DNA from: Octopus bimaculoides
Taxonomy: Eukaryota
Direction: 5' to 3'
NCBI RefSeq assembly: GCF_001194135.2
Contig: NC_068987.1
Span: forward strand, 106,128,499-106,192,498
DNA length: 64,000 nucleotides
A model generated the notes under the pieces. The model did no database searches. It was not told where the DNA came from and worked only from the letters and a program-made list of their open reading frames with translations. The position numbers were made by a program, and so were the translations under genes. Each line of letters opens with the position of its first letter. Position 1 is the stretch's first letter. Shown piece after piece: positions 53,815-64,000 of the stretch.

Positions 53815-54040
53815 NNNNNNNNNNNNNNNNNNNNNNNNNNNNNNNNNNNNNNNNNNNNNNNNNNNNNNNNNNNNNNNNNNNNNNNNNNNNNNNNNNNNNN
53901 NNNNNNNNNNNNNNNNNNNNNNNNNNNNNNNNNNNNNNNNNNNNNNNNNNNNNNNNNNNNNNNNNNNNNNNNNNNNNNNNNNNNNNNNNNNNNNNNNNNN
54001 NNNNNNNNNNNNNNNNNNNNNNNNNNNNNNNNNNNNNNNN

Positions 54041-54076
<36 letters not shown>

Positions 54077-55240
54077 AACACATATATGTACACTTGTATA
54101 TATATATACGCACATTTATATATATGTATATGAATTTATATATGTATACATGTATGTATATTCATATGTGTGCATATATGTATATACATATATATGTGTA
54201 TGTGTATGCATGTATATACCTACACATAATATATATGTGTGTACATATATACATTATACATTATATGTACGTATATATGCATATATACATACATATATAT
54301 ATACACACATATGCGTGTGTACGTGTACGTGCGCGTGAGCATGTGTGTATGGGTGTGGGTGTGTCTGTGCACACGCGCATGCTCATATTTGTATGATTTG
54401 ATGGATAGCATAATCAGTCATTTATTCAAGTATAGGGTTAAGAAGACTGTTGTGTATATGTTGGAAATGAAATATGTGTAGTATAGGCACATGTGTTCGA
54501 GTGATTAGATGTGTATATGTACTGCAACACACACACACACACACACAGATACACACACTCAAAGACAAACACTCACGTACTGGCACACGTTCGAGTGATT
54601 AGATGTGTATATGTACTGGCAACACACACACACACACACGCATGAGCCAACTTATACGCGTAGTGATATAGTCTCATGTATTAAATATATGCATTCTTCA
54701 GCCAATATCTGCGTGTGTGTGTGTACGTGTACGTGTGCGTGTGTGTGTATGTGTGTGTATGTGTGTATGTGTGTATGTGTGTGTGTGTGTAGATACATAC
54801 ATGCTTTGTGCATTCTTTTGTATTTATATGTCAATCCGTATATTTATGTATCAGATTTCTCACAACTCTGTTCCTTCGATTTTCCTCTCGTGTTTTCTGT
54901 TCTAATGCCATGACCAAGTCCTATGAAAGCAATTTCTTGCCACGCATTGCTACGTACTCGAAATCTCTTCCATCAAAATCTATTTCTCACGGACCGCCAT
55001 AATTCATTTTGTTTTGCTTCCCTCTACCTTTCCTATAAACGTGCTTCGTAAGCGAAAACATATAAAATATTTAAAACATATAAATATTAATGCTTAGCGG
55101 ACAGTGTTGATGGTCATTGCGATAATTATTACGATGCTGGTGTTGATGATGATTGAACACAATGATCCAAAACATACACTGCAAAACGAGTCATATGAAA
55201 TAAGGGAAAAGCGATATTTATAGCAATAACAGTAATAATG

Positions 55241-55284
<44 letters not shown>

Positions 55285-55518
55285 GTCATTCATATATATG
55301 TACACGTACAAGCATGTACAAAGGAGTAGAAACGCATATATATAAATATGTACAGGAAAGAATTGAATACGATGAACAACTAAAAATAACTTGCTCACAT
55401 ACACGTAACATGTTTTCCGGTAAGGGAGAGGATGCCTAACAAAGTTTGGGTAGAATGTTGACTGGGTACTGATAAGAAGGCCGAGCCTCCCGAAAGTGGA
55501 TGTAATATATCTTAACTT

Positions 55519-55692
55519 TAAGGCGGCGAGATGGTACAGTCTTTAACATGCTGGGTATTTCATTCGTCCTTACTGAGTTCAAATTTCACCGAGTCTACTT
55601 TGCTTTTCATCCTTCGCGGTCGGTAAAATAAGTTCCAGTGTCACACTGCGGTCGATGCAATCGACTTACCCTTCCCTCGAAATTGCGGGCCA
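55519..55692 (+). mobile_element. SINE family B
   Basis: TAAGGCGGCGAG...CTGAGTTCAAATTTCACCGAG..CTTTGCTTTTCATCC. Confidence 0.8.
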
Positions 55693-55810
55693 ATATATCC
55701 CGATTTTGCCTAGGCTTTCAATAAAGTTGAATATGAGATGATATATCACAAACTGCACGAGCACGATGTAACTGCAAAATTAGAACAGTGACTGCATGAA
55801 ATATTTTTAT
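55690..55810 (+). mobile_element. CR1-like LINE RT fragment
   Basis: DFA*AFNKVEYEMIYHKLHEHDVTAKLEQ*LHE; same sub-region as 53214. Confidence 0.75.
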
Positions 55811-55818
55811 ATCCTGTC

Positions 55819-56016
55819 TGTTGGATAAGTAATTTAACGAAACAGGGGGAAAAGAAAGTATCCACACGACGCACTACGATTACTGTTACATGAGGTTAAA
55901 CGATCTCTACTAACGGCTTACAGTGAATTGCTTGCCTGAATTGCTCACAGTACTTCCTTTTATAGCAATGTGTCAGTCCACTTTCATCAATTGGCGGTGG
56001 TCGGAATCCTTCCACA
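55819..56016 (-). repeat. Putative 3' LTR (198 bp) of the Gypsy element
   Basis: Minus strand begins TGTGG immediately after purine-rich AATAGGGGAGACGC (56017-56030, PPT-like), contains CTATAAAAG (55957-55965) and ends TATCCAACA. Confidence 0.6.
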
Positions 56017-56086
56017 GCGTCTCCCCTATTTAGAATTAATCTCCGCTAACTTCTCCACTTTTGAGAATAAAACTCCGCTCTGAGTT

Positions 56087-58560
56087 TTAATGTCTTTTAC
56101 GCTTATGGTTCAATCCCAGTGTTGCCATTCTTTTCCGTTTTCTGGTGCTAGAACACGTAGTTTCAAATTGTTTGGGTGTTGGTATCTCAAACATGTCATA
56201 CAATACTTCCATGGGGATTTTATTTCTCGTGACTGTTTTTTTCAAGTGAATCTTTTTTAAGCAGGCCAATATGTATTTTTTTCTTTTACCAGGAATAACA
56301 TTCTTCCAGTTTGTTTAGTAATTAGGCCATCCTCCCAACTTTCTTTGCCATATCTATAAGTTAAAAAAAAAATGACTTTGTCACCTTACTTGAAGAATTT
56401 TGAAGTATATCTGTTGTTCGTTTTTGTTCTAGTTTCACTTGGTATCAACTTATGAAAGTATTCGGATTAGGCGTTACTCGGTACACTTACAACAATATTT
56501 AATTGTTCACCATTTTCAACGCCCTCTTGAAAGTGTCAACAAAACGCGCTGCTTGTCCATTTGACCTAGGATGATACGGCGGAGTGGTCACATTTTCCAT
56601 AACGAACGTTTTGCAAAACTATCCGAGTTCGTCTGAAGTAAATTGAGGTTTACAATCAGACACAATGGTATCACGAATATCATATCTGGCGAACAATTCA
56701 TGTAAAAATCTTAATATAACAGCAGATGTCGTTTTTTTACACTTATCCACTTTAGGCCACTTTGAAAAACTGTCCACAACAACAAAGTACTATGAACCCT
56801 CAAGTGAACCTGCGTAAGCAACATGCAGTCTGGACCATGGGATATTTGTTTTTGGCCACAGTTGCCATTTAGTAGTAGACGCTTTTAGAGCTAGGGCACA
56901 ATCTATGCATGCTTTCACTGGTTCTTCAATCTCACGGTTCATCGTTGTCCAATATACAAACTTCTTATTAACGATTTTATTCTCGAAATCACTTTGTGAC
57001 CAATGTGAAGTTCTTTAGTAATCGATTCTGTAGAGTGGTTGGTACTTCGACTCTTTGTGCATACATCAACACACTGTCACATATTGAGAAGATGTTCGCA
57101 TTTGTGTTGAGCACATTTTTATCTCCTTTAGCCTTTAGCATTTCGTCCATTTTTTAAAATGAATTTATCGTTTTCCCATTTTATTTTATGCCTTCTAATG
57201 TAACAGCCAGTTCACGTATGACGTTACACAAAACATTTTTAATTTCATTTTCCGCTCACAACGCTGCAATCACGGTATCATCAAATGGTTCAGCATTTTT
57301 TGATATGAGTCTTGATAAACAATCAGCGTGTTCTAATTTCTTAGATAGTGTACACTCCATCTTAAAAGCATAGCTTAATAATACAGTACCCCAGTGTTGC
57401 AATCTATTAGCAGGGATTCCTTTCTTCGACCCATATATAAATGATAACTGGTAATGATCAGTCTGTAGTAGAAAAAATTTACCGTTTAAAAATCTATGAA
57501 ATTTTTTTTACAGTAAATATAATCGCTAGAGCCTCTCTTTCGATTTGTCTGTAGTTTTTCTGCGGATATCAGAGAACGTGAGGCATGAACCACCACTTTC
57601 ATGTTACCATCTTTATATTTATGTAGCATTACTGCTCCTATACCCCTGCTCAGAAGCATCTGAGTCTACAATAATGTCTACTTCAGGATGGAAATGTGCT
57701 GGCGACAAATCAAATGTTCATATTTTTTAAATTTCGTCGGACGCCTTCTGACGATTTCAGATCAATTTCACTTTACACCTTTTTTTAGCAGATTATTTAG
57801 TAGAGCACTTACCTTATGCATGTTTGGAATATAATTTTGATGATAATATGCCAGTCTCAAAGAAACCTTGTATGGGGGGGGGGTATTTTTAATTGCGTAA
57901 GCTCTCGACAGATCTGTCGACGTCCAGTTCTGTCAATCACTTATCGTATATCTTTCATTTTCGGTAAAAAAAAAAAAATTCACACATTTTTTCACTCAAA
58001 GTAAAGCCCTAATCCCTAATTTTTTTCGAACACATATTTTACGTGCTGTGAATGTTCGTTTCGGCATTCACCTTTTATGAATACATCATCCAGATATGGA
58101 ATTACGAATTCACAGTCTGCTAACATTGTATCTATAATCTGTCAAAAAATCGCAACTTTTAAGCCGAATAGTAACGTGTTGCATTTATACAGTCCTTTAT
58201 GTGTGTTAATTGTTAGGTATTCTTCAGAGAGATTCAATTTAGGAACTATTTTGCCACCGTTTAATTTCGCAAATATGTTCTCCGGAGTAGGTAGTGAAGA
58301 GTGGAACGTTTTAATACATTCGTTTAAACCATTTGAATAATCCGCACAGAGTATTATTTTTATTATTCTTTTTCGTAACGTAAACTGTTGGTGATGCCCA
58401 TTGAATATATCCAATTTTTAAATAACTTCATTTTTTTCTAATCTCCCTAACTCTAAGTTTAACTGTTCTGAAACTGTGAAAGTTACAGTTCATTTTAATT
58501 TTAATACCGGCATGGCGTTTTCTTTTACTTGAAACTTCGCCTTTGTTTTGAACAGACCTA
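56087..58560 (-). mobile_element. Ty3/Gypsy LTR retrotransposon pol (RT-RNaseH-integrase), decayed and 5'-truncated
   Basis: QWASPTV..CADYSNGLN..LPTPENIF..INTHKGLY..PYLDDV (RT). DSDAS..GIGAV..HASRSL..KNYRQIEREALAIIF..LQTDH (RNaseH). FVYWTTMNREIE..CIDC..PWSRLH..VVVDSFSKWP..IVSD..QFTS..PPYHPRSNGQA.RFVDTFKR (IN). Many stops and frameshifts. Confidence 0.95.
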
Positions 58561-58616
58561 GTTACATGCTCATAATACCAAGATGCGCAGCATCCTAACG
58601 ATTCTGCCATCCCGCC

Positions 58617-58633
58617 GACTACTACTACTACTG

Positions 58634-58684
<51 letters not shown>

Positions 58685-58860
58685 ACACCACCACCACCAC
58701 CACTACCACCACCACTACTACTACCACCACCACCACCATACCACCACCACCACTACTACTACTACTACTACCCCAACCACTCCACCCCACCCCACTACTA
58801 GTAGTAGTTGTAGCACTAATAATAGTAGAAGCAGTAGTAGTAGTAGTAGTATTACTAGTA
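58617..58860. repeat. (CTA/CCA/GTA)n microsatellite adjoining a SINE B head (58590-58618, minus)
   Basis: Directly visible; minus-strand GGCGGGATGGCAGAATCGTTAG. Confidence 0.9.
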
Positions 58861-59216
58861 GATGTAATAATAATAGTGTTGATGACGATGGTGTTGGTCA
58901 TGGTGATGTTGATGACGGAGAAGATTTTGATTGCAAAGAAAACAATATTTTTTCTCTTAAACCCAAACTTTGATTTCTTTTGTGATACGTTTCATTAATT
59001 TATCCATAATCCTTTGTAATTCCTTCGTATATACAGACAGACACGCACACACACGCATGCACACACATTCATACATGCATGCATACATACGTAGATACAC
59101 AGACATTAACAGATGCACGTGTCTATATATGTGTGTATATATATATATGTATATATATACATATATGAATATATATACATGCAAACATACATAAATACAT
59201 ACATACATCCATACAT

Positions 59217-59247
<31 letters not shown>

Positions 59248-59689
59248 AGCATGCATGTATGTGTCTCTATAACTGAATTATAAAGGATTAAGGGGTTAAG
59301 GAAACACCACACTATAAAATCTTTGGGCACAGGAAAACCTGTATATATATATATATATATATATATGACCATAATTAGTTTATTTGTGTGATTTCCAATA
59401 AATAGTAAAGTGTGCTTTTTTTAACAGATAGCTACACAACTTTCTCTAAATAAAAATAGATAAATAAATAAATTCATATCCAAAGAAGAAAAAAGGGAAG
59501 AAATAAATATTTAAAAACTATCACCGTGAACGTACATACAAACAAAGAAATGATTATAACAAACGTTGCTTTAATGGGCACAGTGTCTTTATTTCTGCTG
59601 TAAAATATTTTGTGACTGCCATTTTTTATAGCTCACTGAATAACCTTTCTCTTGTCTTTATTATTGTCCGTTCGCACTAAGTCAAACCA

Positions 59690-60545
59690 TTGAACTATGA
59701 ACGAAGAACTAGACCTATGATCAGATCCATTCTAACAAACATCACTTTTTTTCACTTTTTTAAGGAGTGATATCTCTAGCTTTACATTAATCAATGTGTT
59801 CTTTGATTTTTACCTCTAAAATGCTTATTTTGAACTGGCTTTAACTACCATTTCTAGCTTTTTGAATAAGATCTGAAAGCAATCTCTCTTGTAGGCTCCC
59901 TTGTTCAATGAGATGCTTTGTTTAATTTCAAGAAAGCCAGAACCGAGAAAATGTATACAGAAAGGAGTTGCAATTGTGACCATCACGTCTTTCGATACAT
60001 CACCACCTGTATCGACCGTTGTGTTTTGTTTTCTAAAAGAGTAGGACTATTCAGAGAGATTTTGCTGCTGTCTCTGTTACCTGCAGCAACTACGTAGAAG
60101 CCCGATCATTAGCTCATATTATAGCAGTTGTTGTTGTTTAACTCCACGTCAATTCCAGTTCATCGGAGACTTGTGATCAAACAAGTCTCCTAACCAGAAG
60201 CATACCATATTTATCAAGATAAATACCACGAGACTTCATTATGCAGTGTGTCCTATTCGAAGACGTTGCGATTTGAGAGATATGCATCTGCAATTTCTAG
60301 CAGGAGATGCGGCCATACAGAGGCCTCTCCATTAGCTGGTTGTTAATATTGATGATGCGGATGAAGTTGTTATCCTTTTTTATAACTCTCTGGACATATG
60401 TTTCAGATACAATAAAATCAATGCATACATGTTCTTATACAGATTTACTTAGAACTTAATTGTTCAATATATCCTTCAAAGGGCGTATCGCGTGATTTGA
60501 GGAAGATTGGGCTGCTGTTTCTAGCAGCTTGAGCTGTTGCACTCC
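59690..60545 (+). repeat. Cluster of decayed copies of a third short interspersed repeat
   Basis: Blocks AGACCTATGATCA and GATTTGAG..GAT..GGCTGC.(A/G)TTTCTAGCAG recur at ~59710, ~60165-60330 and ~60494-60535. Related pieces at ~13250 (+) and ~29765 (-). Confidence 0.55.
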
Positions 60546-61411
60546 GCACTCCTTCCGGCTAGCAGGAGCCAACTCTGAGAATGTAAAATCAAGACGAATA
60601 GACGGGATGTACCAGCACTTGACTGGTATTCATTTTCAGTGGAGTAGATTTGACTAACTCTAAAAATGTTTACTATATATTGACTTGACGCACTTAGTGA
60701 TTACATGGTACATAATACTATGTTTTCCTCGTGCGCAACTAACGGCTTTAGTTGGTGAACACATTACTTAAACACATGCACACGTATAAATACAAAGAAA
60801 CACACAGACACACACATACATATAAAACTCACATGCATATATATANNNNNNNNNNNNNNNNNNNNNNNNNNNNNNNNNNNNNNNNNNNNNNNNNNNNNNN
60901 NNNNNNNNNNNNNNNNNNNNNNNNNNNNNNNNNNNNNNNNNNNNNNNNNNNNNNNNNNNNNNNNNNNNNNNNNNNNNNNNNNNNNNNNNNNNNNNNNNNN
61001 NNNNNNNNNNNNNNNNNNNNNNNNNNNNNNNNNNNNNNNNNNNNNNNNNNNNNNNNNNNNNNNNNNNNNNNNNNNNNNNNNNNNNNNNNNNNNNNNNNNN
61101 NNNNNNNNNNNNNNNNNNNNNNNNNNNNNNNNNNNNNNNNNNNNNNNNNNNNNNNNNNNNNNNNNNNNNNNNNNNNNNNNNNNNNNNNNNNNNNNNNNNN
61201 NNNNNNNNNNNNNNNNNNNNNNNNNNNNNNNNNNNNNNNNNNNNNNNNNNNNNNNNNNNNNNNNNNNNNNNNNNNNNNNNNNNNNNNNNNNNNNNNNNNN
61301 NNNNNNNNNNNNNNNNNNNNNNNNNNNNNNNNNNNNNNNNNNNNNNNNNNNNNNNNNNNNNNNNNNNNNNNNNNNNNNNNNNNNNNNNNNNNNNNNNNNN
61401 NNNNNNNNNNN

Positions 61412-61468
<57 letters not shown>

Positions 61469-62038
61469 CATACATTCATATATGTATATATATGTGTATG
61501 TGTATATGTATGTACGTGCTTATAAGTGCGTGTATATTTAGTTAGGTATGCGCGTATGCACTCTAAGGTGTGTCTAAGTGGCATTGATAAAGTTTATTAC
61601 TTGCAATTTCTGACAGAGTTCGCGAATCATAAGACGATTGTGAATCACGAAATCTACTTAACTGTATTGTATCTCTTAATAGATTTAAATGCATCCTAAA
61701 GCTGAATGCATATAGAGGATATCTTAAATGATTCAATGTCAAGAGTAAATACATCAAAGAAATTACAAATGTCAGTCCGTGTATTTACATATATAGAAAG
61801 ACTTCGCACAGTTTAAAGAGTGAGCTAAATTTATGTTACACAATTTACATAACTATATGCAGGTTTCAGATACCTTGGAGTTGTAGAACAATTTAATTAG
61901 CATAGCAAAATGTGCTTACAGGCTTCTCACATGTCTTTGAAATGCAGAGAAAATCTATAGTAAAAATATGTTCAAAGTTATTGGGCACACGTATTAAAAA
62001 AAAAAAAATATATATTTAGTGACAATAAACTAAACAGG

Positions 62039-62190
62039 TACGAAGAGTTCTGAAAAGTCCTTGGTTTCAACGGTTCCCCGAAAAGCCTGGCTGGAGGCCC
62101 AACAGTTACTGGTTTTTTAGAGGGCTTAGAAAAACTGAGGGACTGTTGCATTAAATGTTGAATATAATCTTAATTAACTTATCCTCTTAT
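62039..62190 (+). mobile_element. mariner-derived MITE, partial; same family as 31426
   Basis: TACGAAGAGTTCTGAAAAGTCC left TIR; shared CCTGGCTGGAGGCCCAAC; GLEKLRDCCIKC. Confidence 0.7.
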
Positions 62191-62305
62191 AATGATTTAC
62201 GCTGATAAAAAGATTATATGGGATAATGAAGCTTGTGGAACATTGCTCTCCGAAATAATATGGGATGGTTTGAGTTTGAACGTCTTTTATCATATATAAA
62301 AACAT

Positions 62306-62420
62306 GGAGGTGGCAATCTGGTAGAAACGTTATAGCGTCGGTTAAAATGCATAGCGGTATTTTCCCGATTCTTAATATTCTTAGTTCAAACTCACATGCT
62401 CTACTCTCGGTGTCGAAAAA
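62306..62420 (+). mobile_element. SINE family B, degenerate 5' part
   Basis: GGTGGCAATCTGGTAGAAACGTTA..ATGCATAGCGGTATTT..TTCTTAGTTCAAA. Confidence 0.6.
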
Positions 62421-62522
62421 TATGTACTCAAAATTACTAACTGCGCGTCAAATTTAAGAAAAATATATAAACACGTATTACACTTTTGGGAGCAGCTTTG
62501 CTCCTCAACCTCCTTCGAAATA

Positions 62523-62759
62523 CAATAATCCCTCGATTATTGCGGGTTTTACGTTCTCAAATCCCCCGTGATATGTGAAAATCCGCGAAGTAGAGACAGT
62601 ACTGTACTGTATATTTTTCAAAATTAGTTTTACAATTTGTATATATTTATTTTATTCTCAATGCAAAACAACAACACTGAGGAATCGACGTAAGCTTAAA
62701 TAATAAACCTCGATAAGTGAACCGCGATAGATGAATCGCAATATGGCGTTGGATTACTG
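62523..62759. mobile_element. pogo/Tigger-like MITE (237 bp) with TA target-site duplication
   Basis: TA|CAATAATCCCTCGATTATTGCG ... CGCAATATGGCGTTGGATTACTG|TA. Confidence 0.85.
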
Positions 62760-63137
62760 TAGCATCCTTACAAGATTACATTTTACTAATTGTGACATAT
62801 TTTTACTGCAAACTAATTTTATAAAATATGCCATCACATCTGGCAGCGGAAATTTTCAACAAGATACTTACAATTACAAAACAACACAGTACTCCCCTTA
62901 AGTACCACATACCAACGAAATGATTATATTGTTATACATTACACCTATCTGTGTGTTAATATAAGTTCAAATTTTAGTTATTTTAATCATAACGTCCATC
63001 TACGAATACTCTCCGTAAAGAAATGTATAACATGATAATATTTATTAAAACAAGACGCCATTGAAATTCCTTTAAAACCAAATTTTTAATGAAGGTCTAC
63101 ACGATATATTCAAACACATTTAAGCCAGGTATTTTTT

Positions 63138-63479
63138 TTAATGAACGACCAATTTTGTATATCTGTATATCATAAAAAGAGCAACGTCAGTTTCATGAGC
63201 TTTTATATTTCCAATTGCTATATTTTTTTCTGCTGAAATCATTTTCAATTTCTTCGAAAATTGTTTCAGCTGTCTGTAAAAAAGTTTCCACGCTTGGAGC
63301 TCATTATGATTAGAAGACTTAACATATGTCATCAAAAGGGCTTGTTTGTTCCTTAAATCGAATGTATCGAAAAGCGGAGCAACTTCATTTTTAAATCTAG
63401 ATGAAACAGGCTGCCTTTTAACATCCTCAACCGTTTCACCAATGTACCGTAATATCGATGAGTTGTTCAAATCTAATTT
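63138..63479 (-). CDS. Unidentified 113-codon open frame (candidate exon or decayed gene/TE ORF)
   Basis: Stop-to-stop open, non-repetitive, mixed-composition frame in AT-rich DNA (KLDLNNSSILRYIGETVEDVKRQ...HETDVALFMIYRYTKLVVH*). No family recognised. Confidence 0.3.
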   Translation of the reverse strand, partial: KLDLNNSSILRYIGETVEDVKRQPVSSRFKNEVAPLFDTFDLRNKQALLMTYVKSSNHNELQAWKLFYRQLKQFSKKLKMISAEKNIAIGNIKAHETDVALFMIYRYTKLVVH

Positions 63480-64000
63480 CTAATATGATCTCCTTAATGA
63501 CAATTGAAATCACAATATAGACCTCAGGCAAAATTAAGTTTCACCACTAATACATGGCTTGTCGCGTTTTGAAAATTTGCAAATCATATAAGACGCAATT
63601 AACTGCTGTCTACTTCAGTTAGTATTTCACTAAACATTTGATTCAAATGTTTTCATGCTCAGAAATCATCACTCACTTTCTAAAGTATTCTAGTGTTTTT
63701 CTCTTTCTTCTTTGTTATTTTGCTTTCTCTTCAAGTGGAATGATTTTTATATAATAATGATAAATATTCCAATAATTGTCCAATTATTATATTCATGAGA
63801 CTCAGTTTTAATTTATTTCAAATTTTATCTAGAATCTGATAATTGGTTCTTGTCTAAATGTACGTTATTCCTCTTCTTGAATGATGAAATGGGAATATAA
63901 TACTAAAATAAAATGGAAAGAAACAGAACAGAATCTTATACAGTTATGAACGGAGGTTGGAAACAAACTTTAAAGCAGCATCCCATTACTCTTCGACTGT

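Noticed and set aside
54495-54640. ~45-bp direct repeat at ~94-bp spacing
   Set aside because: Local slippage duplication next to (CA)n; no sign of function.
1805-61584. Long ORFs in the provided track containing X runs or YI/HT/CV/LS/poly-K/E/F repeats
   Set aside because: Artefacts of N gaps and microsatellites.

Overview
Eukaryotic, AT-rich draft-assembly scaffold. It has about 8.7 kb of N in about 22 gaps, nearly all flanked by (TA)n, (CA)n or (GA)n microsatellites. The abundant tRNA-like SINEs resemble those I know from Octopus genomes; this taxon call is inference, not a database result. No host protein-coding gene could be assembled or named, and almost all long entries in the ORF track are artefacts of N-gaps and simple repeats. 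The interpretable content is a layered graveyard of mobile elements: (1) up to four Penelope-like element (PLE) remnants, including one with RT (YRDD), GIY-YIG and a tandem 3'-end duplication, one young GC-rich open GIY-YIG frame, and a decayed minimal-hammerhead-like motif; (2) a 5'-truncated Ty3/Gypsy element (RT-RNaseH-IN) with PPT and a TG..CA 3' LTR; (3) RLE-type, CR1-like and jockey/L2-like LINE fragments; (4) several Tc1/mariner/pogo deletion derivatives and MITEs; (5) a long-TIR foldback-like element; (6) two SINE families; (7) a degenerate 39-40 bp minisatellite. A few isolated exon-like segments and one unexplained 113-codon frame (63138-63479, minus) may belong to host genes. No CRISPR array, rRNA or bona fide tRNA is supported, and I found no clear evidence of a new multi-gene system.
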